Below are positions 11,748 to 23,042 of a stretch of DNA of 32,000 nucleotides, piece by piece. The notes under the pieces are model-generated. The model saw only the letters and a program-made list of their open reading frames with translations, ran no database searches and had not been told where the DNA came from. How positions within the stretch are numbered: the first letter of the stretch is position 1; each line of letters begins with the position of its first letter. A program made the translations under genes and the position numbers. Origin of the DNA: Aliivibrio fischeri ES114 (GTDB lineage: Bacteria > Pseudomonadota > Gammaproteobacteria > Enterobacterales > Vibrionaceae); assembly GCF_000011805.1 (NCBI RefSeq), contig NC_006841.2, one strand, 5' to 3'.

Positions 11748-12963
11748 GAAAGATCTCTCCATCGACAACCCTAGCTATTAGGTCAGGTACTCCTAATCGA
11801 TAAGAAAGTTCAGCGGGTGACTCCAACTGCCAAATAGCAAAATCTGCCTCCATACCAACCGCTATTTTTCCTCTGAAATGTTGTAACCCAAGTGCTTGAG
11901 CTGCATGACAAGTGACGCCTCGTAATGATTCTTCTGGCGTTAATTTAAATAAGGTACAGGCCATGTTCATTATTGTTCTCAATGATGCAATAGGAGAGGT
12001 TCCGGGGTTAAAATCCGTCGCAATGGCCATTGGTATCTTATATTGCCTTAATAAAGGAATTGGGGGGAGTTTGCTTTCTTTTAGATAATAGAAGGCTCCG
12101 GGAAGTAGAGTTGCTACGGTATTATTCGTTGCTAATGCTTTAACACCATTTTCATCAAGGTATTCGATGTGATCAACAGAGTCAGCTCCCATAGAGGCCG
12201 CTAACGCACTCCCTTCAAGGTTAGATAGTTGCTCTGTATGTCCTTTAATTCGTAATCCATGATTTAGTGCTGCACGGAAAACTCGTTCACATTGTTTGGG
12301 TGAAAATCCAATGCCTTCGCAAAAAACATCAACATGATTGGCAAGATTCAATTTAACCACTTGAGGAATGATGCTTTCGCAAATTAAATCAATATATTCA
12401 TCGGAGCGGTTTTTGTATTCAGGAGGGACAGCATGAGCAGCAAGAAGAGTGGTTGATACCTTCATATCAGGTAATTCTGATATACGTTTAGCTACCTTGA
12501 GCATTTTTATTTCATCATCAAGAGTTAGACCATAACCTGATTTGATCTCAATCGTAGTGACACCGTCACGTTTGAGTCCTTCTAGGCGCTGTACCGCTAG
12601 GTGATAAAGCTCATCTTCACTTGCTTCACGTGTTGCATGAACGGTAGATAAAATTCCGCCACCTTGTTTTGCTATCTCTTCATAAGGTATGCCTAGCAAA
12701 CGTTGTTCGAATTCATTTGCACGATTTCCTGCAAAAATAAGATGTGTATGGCAGTCAATGAAACCGGGAGTAACTAATGCGTGTGCACAATCAATAATAT
12801 CAGGGTGGCCATGTAAAATAGAGGGACAGGGTTCACCAACATATTCAACTTTCCCGTTTCTTACTCCAATCATGGTATCTTTTAGCACTTGATAGCCATC
12901 AGAACCCGTCTGCTGTTTATCTACCATAGAAACAAGATGTAAATTAATAAAAACTCTGTCCAT
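11737..12963 (-). CDS. hutI: Imidazolonepropionase
   Basis: Amidohydrolase motif [20 protein letters not shown], then TEIKSGYG and [10 protein letters not shown]. In the hut operon and overlapping hutG by a few nt. Confidence 0.96.
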
Positions 12964-13007
12964 ACGTCATGTCCATTTTTATCTGATTATCGTGATAAAA
13001 AACTATA

Positions 13008-13017
13008 TGTATATACA
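13008..13017. promoter_or_regulatory. Candidate HutC operator upstream of hutI
   Basis: Perfect palindrome TGTATATACA about 45 bp upstream of the hutI ATG, overlapping a plausible -10 region. It resembles the HutC/GntR-family operator core as I recall it. Confidence 0.5.
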
Positions 13018-13146
13018 AATAAATAGTCTGTTTTTGATGAAAAGACAAGATGGGATGTAATGAAGTTGTGATCAAAAGTACAATTATTAACCATTGCACT
13101 TTTATAATTGTGAGGAGGGAACTCGATGAAATGTGAGCTTAGAACA

Positions 13147-13848
13147 TTATACTTTACTGCGAGATGTCAGTTTATATCTGTCACCTGGATGATATAAAAG
13201 TGCAATGCTAACTAATTTGTCTTCACTCCAAGTTCGACGGTTCAGTAATAAGCAGGGCGTTTTATTATCCATATGCAAAAGTTCGGAAACGTGTTCATTT
13301 GGAATGATTGCCTCCACAGAATGTTCTATATCACTTAAAGGGCAAATCTGAACCAAATATTCATTCGGTGTTTGCAATGTAAAATCTTGTTTTAGATAAT
13401 CTTTTACAAATAGCGGATTAACCCATCGGTCTTCTAATTGAATGGGAACATCATTTTCGTAATGAACAATTTGAGTGAAATAAATCGAAGTATCATTACG
13501 AACCCCAATTTTTAAAGCAATATCATCTTTAGCTATTACTTCTTCTTTTTTAATTACTTTACTACTGTAATGGTGACCACGTTGGTGTACTTCTGTTGCT
13601 ATATTACGAATTTCCATCAGAGGAGATTCAGCTTTTTTATGACAAACAAAGGTGCCTAAGCGCGGTGTTCGCTCTAATAAGCCTTCATTTACAAGCTCTT
13701 TAATGGCTTTGTTTGCTGTCATACGACTGACTGAAAATTCATTAGCAAGATCTATCTCTGTTGGTATTTTATAGCCAATAGGCCAAGTTCTTGTTTGAAT
13801 TTTTTCGTTCAGATATTGCTTTATCAGTAAGTAACGAGGTTGGCTCAT
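13147..13848 (-). CDS. hutC: Histidine utilisation repressor, GntR family (HutC)
   Basis: N-terminal winged HTH (YKIPTEIDLANEFSVSRMTANKAIKELVNEGLLERTPRLGTFV) followed by a UTRA-like effector domain. Adjacent to the hut genes. Confidence 0.92.
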   Translation of the reverse strand: MSQPRYLLIKQYLNEKIQTRTWPIGYKIPTEIDLANEFSVSRMTANKAIKELVNEGLLERTPRLGTFVCHKKAESPLMEIRNIATEVHQRGHHYSSKVIKKEEVIAKDDIALKIGVRNDTSIYFTQIVHYENDVPIQLEDRWVNPLFVKDYLKQDFTLQTPNEYLVQICPLSDIEHSVEAIIPNEHVSELLHMDNKTPCLLLNRRTWSEDKLVSIALLYHPGDRYKLTSRSKV

Positions 13849-13990
13849 AGTGTTCTACTTTTAAATTGACTATACAAATAAAAGCAATTTTTTGAATAAC
13901 TTTCAAGTTAAATTGTTATTTATTAGATCAGAGTAAGTTAGATGAAATCATTTCATACTCAGAGTAAACTGTGCCTGAAACCAATTCAAA

Positions 13991-14629
13991 ATGATTAGAG
14001 CATTATCAATGCATTTATTAGACAGATTAACCATTCGTCTTTTTCATGATGAAAGACAGAAGCAGTTTTCAGGTGATCATGCGAGAAGTTTGGGGTGGAG
14101 TTCTACTGAATCTCAATTTTTGCGTTTTAAAACGATGACGCAAGCAATCAACTTTGAGCAAAAAACGGTGTTGGATTTGGGCTGTGGTTACGGTGATTTT
14201 AAAACATTTTTAGATATGAGTTGTTGTATTAAGAGCTATACCGGTGTTGATCAACAGAGCAGTTTTATCAAGCAGGCGAAATCATTATTTAAGCACCATA
14301 CAAATTGTGAGTTTATTAAAGCCGATTTTTCTGCAACGACTTTACCAAAGGCCGATATCGTTGTTGCAAGTGGATCTTTAAATTATCGAGCTAGAAATAA
14401 AACTTATCATGCAAAAGTGATTAAAGAGATGTATGAGAGAGCAGAAGAGGCCGTTATTTTTAACTTATTGAATAGCGAACACTTTACATCGTCAAGTTTA
14501 TTAGAAGCACATGACCCACAGCAGGTTTTGAAATACTGTTTAAGCTTTTGTCCAGACAGTGAATTAATAACCGATTATGCAAATGAAGATTTCACAATCG
14601 TAATGCGTCATAGCAATAGTAGTAAATAA
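13991..14629 (+). CDS. Class I SAM-dependent methyltransferase
   Basis: Motif I VLDLGCGYGDFKTFL and motif II-like SYTGVDQQSSFIKQAK. The start could be an internal Met (14009). Confidence 0.8.
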   Translation: MIRALSMHLLDRLTIRLFHDERQKQFSGDHARSLGWSSTESQFLRFKTMTQAINFEQKTVLDLGCGYGDFKTFLDMSCCIKSYTGVDQQSSFIKQAKSLFKHHTNCEFIKADFSATTLPKADIVVASGSLNYRARNKTYHAKVIKEMYERAEEAVIFNLLNSEHFTSSSLLEAHDPQQVLKYCLSFCPDSELITDYANEDFTIVMRHSNSSK

Positions 14630-14637
14630 CCAATACA

Positions 14638-14668
14638 AAAATGGCTAATCGAAGTGATTAGCCATTTT
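14638..14668. terminator. Bidirectional terminator between the methyltransferase and FKBP genes
   Basis: ATGGCTAATC (14641-14650) / GATTAGCCAT (14656-14665) stem flanked by AAAA and TTTT, between convergent genes. Confidence 0.85.
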
Positions 14669-14696
14669 ATTTTTATCTTATTGAGATGAGTTTGGA

Positions 14697-15170
14697 TTAT
14701 TTAAAATCAAGTAACTCAACATCGAAAATAAGTACTGAACCTGGTTGGATAGAGCCAGCTGAGCGATTACCGTAAGCTAAATCGCTAGGGATAAAGAAAC
14801 GCATCTTTTGGCCAACAACCATTAATTGAACACCTTCTGTCCAACCTTTGATCACTTGATTTAAACCGAATTCAATCGGCTCGCCACGCTCAACAGAGCT
14901 ATCAAACACTTTACCGTCAATAGTTGTTCCATGGTAGTGAACTTTCACTTTGCTTTTCGCTGTAGGGTGCTCAGTGCCTGTACCTTCTTCAAGTACAAGA
15001 TATTGAAGACCAGAAGCTGTAGTTTGAACACCTTCTTTCGTCGCATTTTCAGCAAGAAATGCGTTGCCAAGTTCAATATTTGCTTTAGCCGCTTTTGGGT
15101 TATTCACAAAATGTTGAAGCAGCATATAACCTAAAACGATTATAGCTAGTGTGATAATGATTTTAGACAC
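14697..15170 (-). CDS. FKBP-type peptidyl-prolyl cis-trans isomerase with N-terminal membrane anchor
   Basis: VKVHYHGTTIDGKVFDSSVERGEPIEFGLNQVIKGWTEGVQLMVVGQKMRFFIPSDLAYG is a canonical FKBP fold. Single N-terminal hydrophobic helix IIITLAIIVLGYMLLQHFV. Confidence 0.93.
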   Translation of the reverse strand: MSKIIITLAIIVLGYMLLQHFVNNPKAAKANIELGNAFLAENATKEGVQTTASGLQYLVLEEGTGTEHPTAKSKVKVHYHGTTIDGKVFDSSVERGEPIEFGLNQVIKGWTEGVQLMVVGQKMRFFIPSDLAYGNRSAGSIQPGSVLIFDVELLDFK

Positions 15171-15194
15171 ATTATTTCCTTATATTTAAATCAA

Positions 15195-15833
<639 letters not shown>

Positions 15834-15879
15834 TTATGATTTCGAATGAAAATAGCATGAAATGAAGAAAGTAGAAATG

Positions 15880-15907
15880 AAATAGGACAACAAATGTTGT
15901 CCTATTT
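15880..15907 (-). terminator. Terminator-like hairpin downstream of the csiV-like gene
   Basis: 12-bp perfect stem AAATAGGACAAC (15880-15891) / GTTGTCCTATTT (15896-15907) with loop AAAT. Confidence 0.7.
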
Positions 15908-15936
15908 TGGTAAATATGTGTAAAGATTTTATATAA

Positions 15937-16827
15937 TTAGACTTTACGCACTTGGATAATCATACCCATAAGAGGGTGGTCGATATAGTGAGTTTCTCCA
16001 CTACGCATCTGACGTTTCTCTTTCATACGGTAAGATTTAAGAAATTCTTTAATCTCTGTATCTGGGGTTACATCTTCAAGGTGACCAAGTTGAATGTTTT
16101 CATTCATTGGTTGAGCTGGTTCTAATTCTGTTGCTGTTACTTCAACGGCTTCTTCGTTGTTTTCATCATTTGTAACAATATCTGTTGATTCTTCAACTAC
16201 AGCTTCTTTTTCCTCAGGCGTATTTACAATAAATTCATGTTTACCTGGAACTTTAAGATCTAGCTCTGTTTTTACGTATAGATAGTGTTGTACGTAAACT
16301 TGCATTGTTCCATCAAGTTCTAGAATTGGACCTGATTGAACCGTTGGCGTTTCTGGTGCTAGGTTTTCATCATCTTCAACGAGTGCAGGTGTCGGTGCTG
16401 GAGCGTCTAAAGGCACTAAAGATAAGTCTGCTTTAGCATCAGCAATGGTTCGGCCATCCGCAACAAAACGATCTGAGAAATCTTGACCTGCTTGAATATG
16501 AAAAATAGGAGAACGAGAAGAGCCTGAATCTCCTTGACGCCAAGCTACATGCACTAATGGTTTAAAACCAGCATGATTCTGAAGTTTTTGATAAACGTCA
16601 TTTAGCTTGTATTGCGAAATTAAAAAAGCACCATTTTTGCTCATCATAGCTTTGTCGCGATATGAGAAAGCGCGATCCAAATTAATTGGATCCAAAACAT
16701 CAGGCCAAGCCTCTTGATAAGATGATGGTTCTACATTGCGTTTAAAAATAATAACTTCAATATCAAATTGGCGAGCAAAAGAAGGCCAACTTGCTAGTAA
16801 AATCAACGCGTAAATTATTTTTTTCAT
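15937..16827 (-). CDS. csiV: CsiV-like periplasmic protein (cell shape integrity Vibrio family)
   Basis: Signal peptide, RQFDIEVIIFKRNVEPSSYQEAWPDVLDPINLDRA opening and MRSGETHYIDHPLMGMIIQVRKV end. As I recall, csiV sits beside mfd in vibrios. Confidence 0.75.
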   Translation of the reverse strand: MKKIIYALILLASWPSFARQFDIEVIIFKRNVEPSSYQEAWPDVLDPINLDRAFSYRDKAMMSKNGAFLISQYKLNDVYQKLQNHAGFKPLVHVAWRQGDSGSSRSPIFHIQAGQDFSDRFVADGRTIADAKADLSLVPLDAPAPTPALVEDDENLAPETPTVQSGPILELDGTMQVYVQHYLYVKTELDLKVPGKHEFIVNTPEEKEAVVEESTDIVTNDENNEEAVEVTATELEPAQPMNENIQLGHLEDVTPDTEIKEFLKSYRMKEKRQMRSGETHYIDHPLMGMIIQVRKV

Positions 16828-16916
16828 TCATACTCCGGTGAAAAAGGGCTCTAAAGCTTCAATCATCCATAACTGAAGCTAAAAATTTGGTTTTTCTTAT
16901 AATTTAAACCTAATAA

Positions 16917-19900
16917 CTAGATTCTATTTTCGTTGAACAGTTTGAGCAAGTCCATTACGTATTTAATTCGTGTTTGTCTCTCTGTTAAGTCTTTTATAAA
17001 TTTGACTTTGGTTGGGCCATCTAGAGCAAACCCCGTAGGGTCTTTCTGTAATAATGACACAAGGAACATAGGGTTTATGTCAGCAGTAGGTTCAAATTCA
17101 ATGTAACCACCATTACCATGTGCTTCCAATTTCTTTACTTTTAATGAAGCGGCTAACATTTTCACTTCTGAGCTGATCAACAATGTTTGCGTTGCTTCTG
17201 GTAGAGTGCCGAATCGATCAATGATTTCTACTTTTAGCTCATCTAATTCACCGTTGCTCGATACACTTGCAATACGTTTATATAGAGATAGACGAGTATT
17301 AACATCTGGTATGTAATCTTCTGGAATTAATGATGGCAAACGTAGCTCAACTTCCGTTTGTTCACGTAGTAGATCATCCAAAGATGGCTCTTTACCTTCT
17401 TTTAATGCTTCAACGGCTTGCTCTAACATTTCCATATAAAGCGTAAAGCCAACGGATTGAATTTGACCACTTTGACCGTCACCCAACAATTCACCTGCAC
17501 CACGAATTTCTAAATCGTGTGTTGCTAAGGTAAAGCCTGCACCTAGATCTTCAAGTGAAGCAATAGCATCTAAACGCTTTCTTGCATCTTTGCTTAACGC
17601 TTTAGGGTGCGGTGTTAATAAATAAGCATACGCTTGGTGATGCGAACGACCAACACGGCCTCGTAATTGGTGTAGTTGTGCTAAACCTAGTTTGTCAGCT
17701 CTATCCATAATAATGGTGTTGGCTGTTGGTACATCAATACCGGTTTCAATAATGGTGGTACAAACCAACACATTAAAGCGTTGATGGTAAAAATCTCCCA
17801 TGATTTTTTCTAGCTCGCGTTCACGCATTTGGCCATGAGCTAACGTAACACGAGCTTCTGGGATCAATTTTTCGATCTCTTCTGCTGCGTTTTGAATCGT
17901 ATCTACGTTGTTATGAAGTACATACACTTGGCCACCACGCTTAATTTCACGCAGGATGGCTTCTTTAATCACATCATCGGCTTTTTCACGAACAAACGTT
18001 TTAATAGCTAAGCGTCGAGCCGGTGGTGTAGCAATGATGGAAAGATCACGCATACCGCTCATTGCCATATTCAAAGTTCTTGGAATTGGTGTTGCTGTTA
18101 GCGTTAAAATATCAACGTCGGCACGCATGGCTTTTACTTTCTCTTTCTGACGCACACCAAAGCGGTGTTCTTCATCAACAATAAGTAAGCCTAAATCATC
18201 AAATTTGATGCTGTCTTGCAGCAATTTGTGCGTGCCGATCAGAATATCAACTTTACCTTCAGCGGTTGCTGCTAGGATTTCTTTTTGTTCTTTGGCTGAT
18301 TTAAAGCGAGAAAGCACTTCAACACGAATAGGGAAATTCGCAAAACGATCTCGGAAGTTTTCAAAGTGTTGCTGAGCAAGCAAGGTTGTCGGAACTAATA
18401 CGGCAACTTGTTTTTCATTATGCGTAGCTAAGAAAGCAGCACGCATGGCAACTTCTGTTTTACCAAAGCCTACATCACCACACACAAGGCGATCCATGGC
18501 TTTAGCTTGGCACATATCCGATAATACGGCATTAATCGCAATGTCTTGATCGTGCGTCTCTTCAAATGGGAAGCTCGCTTTAAAATCAGCATAAGCTTCA
18601 CGATCCTGTTTGAAGGCAAAACCGGGCTTAATAGCGCGTTTTGCGTATACATCTAATAGTTCAGCAGCAACATCACGCACTTTTTCTGCGGCTTTGCGAC
18701 GTGCTTTGGTCCACGCTTCCCCACCTAATTTATGAATAGGGGCGGTTTCATCAGCTCCGGCAGAATAGCGACTGATGAGGTTCAATGAAGACACAGGAAC
18801 GTACAATTTGGCTTGGTCTTGGTACTCAAGCATCATGTATTCTGCTGGCATATCACCAACATCTAGAGTTTGAAGCCCCATGTAACGACCAATACCGTGG
18901 TCTAAGTGAACAACAGGTTGTCCAATTTTTAGCTCAGCAAGGTTGCGAATAATGGTGTCGCTGCTAGCAGATTGCTTATCACCACGACGACGGCGTTGTA
19001 TGACACGCTCACCCAATAAATCACTTTCACAGATGAAAGCAACGCACGGATCTTGAAGAATAAAACCACGTTCGGCAGAGCCGATAACCAAGGTCGCTTT
19101 GTTTTTATGCGACATGGCTTCTTTCATGGTTTCACAAATTGCAGGTTTGAGCTTAATGCGAGCTAATAGTTCTAATAACGCTTCACGGCGACCTTCTGAT
19201 TCAACAGAGAAGATAACTTGTCCACTGAATTTCTCGTAAAATTGACGAAATTGAGCAAATGGTTCTTTGTTTTGATGCTGAATTGCAATTTCAGGTAGCT
19301 CAAGCAGATCGGGATTAAAACGACCTGCTTTTTCTTTTTCTGGTTCTTTAGAGAGTTTTACGCGCGGATACTGCTTAAATAAAGCAAACATATCGGCGGT
19401 ATTTAGCCAAAGTTCATTAACAGGAAGAAGAGGGCGAAGCGGGTCAACTCGACGTTGATCATATCGATATTCAGCATCGGCTAAGAAATCGTCGGCTGCC
19501 TTTTCAATGTCACCAATAGTAACCAATAATGTGTTGTCTGGTAGGTAATCAAATAAGGTTTCTGTCTCATCAAAAAATAATGGTTGCCAATATTCGACAC
19601 CAGCAGGCCATGCACCTTTACTGATTTGTTGATATACCGATTCTGGTTCACGTCGAGCATCAAAGCGTTGACGCCAACGAATACGGAAATCTTCTATTGC
19701 TTCATCATCGGTTGGAAATTCATGAGCTGGCAATAGGTTGATCGATTTAACTTCTTCAATCGTGCGTTGATTTTCAGGATCAAATTGACGGATCGAATCA
19801 ATTTCATCATCAAAAAAGTCGATTCTAAATGGGTGACCATTACCCATTGGGAAAAGATCAATAATGGAACCACGGCTTGCATATTCACCATGACTCATTA

Positions 19901-20384
19901 CTTGATCGACATGTAGGTACCCAGACTTTTCCAATTGCAGCTTTAATTTGTCGAATGATAGACGATCGCCAACATTAACCACTAACGCATGTTTGTGTAG
20001 AAATGATTGAGGAGACTGACGTTGCAGTAATGTGCTTACTGGAACGATAAGAGTCCCATTCTTCTGTTGTGGAAGATGATAAAGACGTGATAGACGGTCT
20101 GAAATGATATCCTGATGCGGAGAAAAACTGTCATAAGGCAAAGTCTCCCAATCAGGAAAGACATCAACTGCATTTTGAGAAAATTGGTTAATTTCATTTT
20201 GTAAACGAAATGCCAATTGAGGCTCAGTAACGGCAACGATGATAGGCCCTTGGTGCTGCTGCTCTATCTCGGCAATCGCGAGAGCAAGAGAAGAACCCGT
20301 AAGATTACCAACAGAGCGGGTATCATTTGCTTTTGTTGGTAATGAAAGTGACAGTAAATTTTTAATAGGCATCAGGATATTCAA
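16917..20384 (-). CDS. mfd: Transcription-repair coupling factor Mfd
   Basis: 1155 aa; Walker A DRLVCGDVGFGKTEVAMRAAF, LLIVDEEHRFGVRQKE, LTATPIPRTLNMAMSGMRDLSIIATPP, and the RecG-like helicase motif QLHQLRGRVGRSHHQAYAYLL. Confidence 0.98.
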   Translation of the reverse strand: MNILMPIKNLLSLSLPTKANDTRSVGNLTGSSLALAIAEIEQQHQGPIIVAVTEPQLAFRLQNEINQFSQNAVDVFPDWETLPYDSFSPHQDIISDRLSRLYHLPQQKNGTLIVPVSTLLQRQSPQSFLHKHALVVNVGDRLSFDKLKLQLEKSGYLHVDQVMSHGEYASRGSIIDLFPMGNGHPFRIDFFDDEIDSIRQFDPENQRTIEEVKSINLLPAHEFPTDDEAIEDFRIRWRQRFDARREPESVYQQISKGAWPAGVEYWQPLFFDETETLFDYLPDNTLLVTIGDIEKAADDFLADAEYRYDQRRVDPLRPLLPVNELWLNTADMFALFKQYPRVKLSKEPEKEKAGRFNPDLLELPEIAIQHQNKEPFAQFRQFYEKFSGQVIFSVESEGRREALLELLARIKLKPAICETMKEAMSHKNKATLVIGSAERGFILQDPCVAFICESDLLGERVIQRRRRGDKQSASSDTIIRNLAELKIGQPVVHLDHGIGRYMGLQTLDVGDMPAEYMMLEYQDQAKLYVPVSSLNLISRYSAGADETAPIHKLGGEAWTKARRKAAEKVRDVAAELLDVYAKRAIKPGFAFKQDREAYADFKASFPFEETHDQDIAINAVLSDMCQAKAMDRLVCGDVGFGKTEVAMRAAFLATHNEKQVAVLVPTTLLAQQHFENFRDRFANFPIRVEVLSRFKSAKEQKEILAATAEGKVDILIGTHKLLQDSIKFDDLGLLIVDEEHRFGVRQKEKVKAMRADVDILTLTATPIPRTLNMAMSGMRDLSIIATPPARRLAIKTFVREKADDVIKEAILREIKRGGQVYVLHNNVDTIQNAAEEIEKLIPEARVTLAHGQMRERELEKIMGDFYHQRFNVLVCTTIIETGIDVPTANTIIMDRADKLGLAQLHQLRGRVGRSHHQAYAYLLTPHPKALSKDARKRLDAIASLEDLGAGFTLATHDLEIRGAGELLGDGQSGQIQSVGFTLYMEMLEQAVEALKEGKEPSLDDLLREQTEVELRLPSLIPEDYIPDVNTRLSLYKRIASVSSNGELDELKVEIIDRFGTLPEATQTLLISSEVKMLAASLKVKKLEAHGNGGYIEFEPTADINPMFLVSLLQKDPTGFALDGPTKVKFIKDLTERQTRIKYVMDLLKLFNENRI

Positions 20385-20387
20385 TTA

Positions 20388-20957
20388 TTAAGTTAAGTTT
20401 CTTTCTTGCGCACGCAGTTTTAATACTTTCTGCTGTTGGAAAAGCGCCGCTTTTATCAATAAGTCTTGATCGATATCACGTAGCAGTTGATACGCCATTT
20501 CAATAATAAAGCCGTTTTCTGTCTCAGTACACTGAGTCACCGTTGCATAGCAATAAATGGCTGAAGGCGGGTGCTCTAAAAACAGTTTAACTTTGGCCAT
20601 TTGACCTATGGTTAACGCGGTATCAGTCTCGTAAGTAAATTTACTTGCACCAAAAGTTAAGGTTTTATGGCGATACATCGCTTCGTCTTGTTGAATTAAC
20701 AAGTAAGAAAGAAGTAGATTAAGTTTTTGATTTTGATTATTTAAATAGTTAGCTAGACGCTTTCCATCGTCTTGTTTTAAAAATGACAATTCACTTTCTG
20801 ATACGTCGTCTAAAGCGCTGCATTCTTGAGCTACACGAAATGGAGCGGGGATTTCTCGCTCAAACGTTTCCATGTTTGGTAGTGGAGTATCAACAGCAAG
20901 TGGTTCTACATTGATGGTTAAATCATAGTGAACCGAAAAATATTCATCGTGCGACAT
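20388..20957 (-). CDS. PilZ-like domain protein (divergent; possibly the V. cholerae PlzB counterpart)
   Basis: 189 aa. The C-terminal half FGASKFTYETDTALTIGQMAKVKLFLE...YCYATVTQCTETENGFIIEMAYQLLRDIDQDLLIK resembles a PilZ beta-barrel, but RxxxR and D/NxSxxG are not intact. Gene order mfd / PilZ-like / lolC matches my recollection of V. cholerae. Confidence 0.55.
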   Translation of the reverse strand: MSHDEYFSVHYDLTINVEPLAVDTPLPNMETFEREIPAPFRVAQECSALDDVSESELSFLKQDDGKRLANYLNNQNQKLNLLLSYLLIQQDEAMYRHKTLTFGASKFTYETDTALTIGQMAKVKLFLEHPPSAIYCYATVTQCTETENGFIIEMAYQLLRDIDQDLLIKAALFQQQKVLKLRAQERNLT

Positions 20958-21124
20958 AAGCGTCCCTCTATTTATTATTCATTAATTATGGCGAAGTCAC
21001 TGAGTATCAGCAAGTGTTTAATCTTTTTGAATGAGAGGAAGAAGTGTAAAAAAGGAATAAATACCAGTATTTTACGTGATAGACTATAGGATTATAGCTT
21101 GTATATGCGCGATTGAGAGAATTT

Positions 21125-22333
21125 ATGTTTCATCCAGTATCAGTATTTATAGGATTACGATATTTAAGAGGTCGTTCTGGCGATAGATTTAGTCGCTTTA
21201 TCTCTTATATGTCCACAGCCGGTATCACCATAGGCGTGCTGTCTTTGGTGACAGTATTGTCTGTGATGAATGGTTTTGAAGGCCAATTAAAAGACCGTAT
21301 TTTAGGAGTATTACCTCAAGCGGTTATCTCTAGTACGGATAATCAAATTACGCCATTAGATGACGAGCGTGAGTATGTAGCAAGTTTGCCTCATGTGACT
21401 CAAGTTACGCCTGTTGTACGTGGTGAAGCCATCATTCAAAGTGCTCGTGGGTTAAGTGCGGGAATGCTGGTTGGTATTGAACCGAATGAATACGATCCTA
21501 TTGCTTATGAATTAATTTCAGGAAATGTTCGTCAACTTGCAGCAGGTGAATATGGTATTTTCTTAGGGTCGAAATTAGCACGAGAGTTAAGTGTGCGTTA
21601 CGGCGACACTGTTCGTATTATGGTGACCAATGCGAGTCAATATACACCGTTAGGGCGTATTCCTAGCCAACGCAATTTTAAAGTTGTTGGGGTATTTAAT
21701 ACCGGTTCTGATGTTGATGGTCAGCTGATGGTTGCTAATATTCAAGATACCGCTCGTTTAATGAAGCTGAAAAAAGGCAATATAACGGGTTGGCGTTTAT
21801 TTTTTGAAGACCCATTTCAAGTGACCGAATTAGCGAAAATGCCATTAGAGCATGAGATGACATGGAGTGATTGGCGTGATCAACGTGGTGAGTTATTCCA
21901 AGCAGTAAAAATGGAAAAAAACATGATGGGATTGATGCTAGGGTTAATCGTCGCTATTGCGGCATTTAATATTATCTCAGCACTGATTATGGTCGTGATG
22001 GAGAAACAAGCAGAAGTCGCTATTTTAAAAACTCAAGGCATGACGAGTAATCAGGTGTTGGTTATTTTTATGGTACAAGGCGCAAGCAGTGGCGTTATTG
22101 GAGCGATTGTTGGCGGTACCTTAGGGGCTCTTTTTGCTAGCAATATTAACGTGATTCTTTCTACTTTAGGTTTGTCATTATTTACCGTAGGTGGCTCATT
22201 ACCAGCAGAAGTTGAACCATTACAGGTCTGTGTAGTCATTATCCTAGCAATTTTATTAAGTTTATTAGCGACCGTATTCCCATCTTATCGAGCGGCAGTC
22301 GTACAACCAGCAGAGGCATTAAGATATGAGTAA
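21125..22333 (+). CDS. lolC: Lipoprotein-releasing ABC transporter permease LolC
   Basis: [37 protein letters not shown]...[18 protein letters not shown]. The ORF-track start (TTG at 21113) is unlikely; ATG at 21125 follows a GAGAG ribosome site. Confidence 0.93.
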   Translation: MFHPVSVFIGLRYLRGRSGDRFSRFISYMSTAGITIGVLSLVTVLSVMNGFEGQLKDRILGVLPQAVISSTDNQITPLDDEREYVASLPHVTQVTPVVRGEAIIQSARGLSAGMLVGIEPNEYDPIAYELISGNVRQLAAGEYGIFLGSKLARELSVRYGDTVRIMVTNASQYTPLGRIPSQRNFKVVGVFNTGSDVDGQLMVANIQDTARLMKLKKGNITGWRLFFEDPFQVTELAKMPLEHEMTWSDWRDQRGELFQAVKMEKNMMGLMLGLIVAIAAFNIISALIMVVMEKQAEVAILKTQGMTSNQVLVIFMVQGASSGVIGAIVGGTLGALFASNINVILSTLGLSLFTVGGSLPAEVEPLQVCVVIILAILLSLLATVFPSYRAAVVQPAEALRYE

Positions 22334-23042
22334 TCCATTATTAGTTTGTCAGGGTATCCGTAAGGTTTACCAAGAAGGCGCGATGGAAACTGAAGTGCTT
22401 AAAGGCGTGGACTTCCAAATTAATGGAAGTGAGTTAGTGGCGATTGTTGGCTCATCAGGTTCTGGTAAAAGTACACTGCTTCATATCTTAGGTGCGTTGG
22501 ATGAACCAACGGCAGGTACGGTGCATTTCCAAGAGAATGAACTGACGAAGTTGAGTGCTAACAAACAAGCTAAAATTCGTAATCAGCATATTGGTTTTGT
22601 TTATCAATTTCACCATCTGCTCGCTGATTTTAGTGCACTAGAAAACGTAGCGATGCCATTACTTATTGGTGGAGTAAATAAGAAAGAAGCTGCGAAACGT
22701 GCCACTGAATTACTGGAAAAAGTAGGGTTAGCGCACCGTATTGAACACCGCCCGTCGGAACTTTCAGGTGGTGAGCGTCAGCGTGTTGCGATTGCTAGAG
22801 CCTTGGTGAATAAACCGGCTTTAGTATTAGCGGATGAACCAACTGGTAACCTAGATCATAAAACGGCATTAGATATTTATAATTTAATGCGTGAGCTTAA
22901 CCAAGAATCAGGTACGGCGTTTTTAGTTGTTACTCACGATAATGAATTAGCCGCAAAATTGGATAAGCAACTAAGTATGCAAGATGGTCGCTTTATCACA
23001 GAAACGGTACGTTCAAGTTTAGCTCAAGAGATGGAGGCGTAA
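22326..23042 (+). CDS. lolD: Lipoprotein-releasing ABC transporter ATPase LolD
   Basis: Walker [14 protein letters not shown], signature [32 protein letters not shown]. Overlaps lolC. Confidence 0.97.
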   Translation: MSNPLLVCQGIRKVYQEGAMETEVLKGVDFQINGSELVAIVGSSGSGKSTLLHILGALDEPTAGTVHFQENELTKLSANKQAKIRNQHIGFVYQFHHLLADFSALENVAMPLLIGGVNKKEAAKRATELLEKVGLAHRIEHRPSELSGGERQRVAIARALVNKPALVLADEPTGNLDHKTALDIYNLMRELNQESGTAFLVVTHDNELAAKLDKQLSMQDGRFITETVRSSLAQEMEA

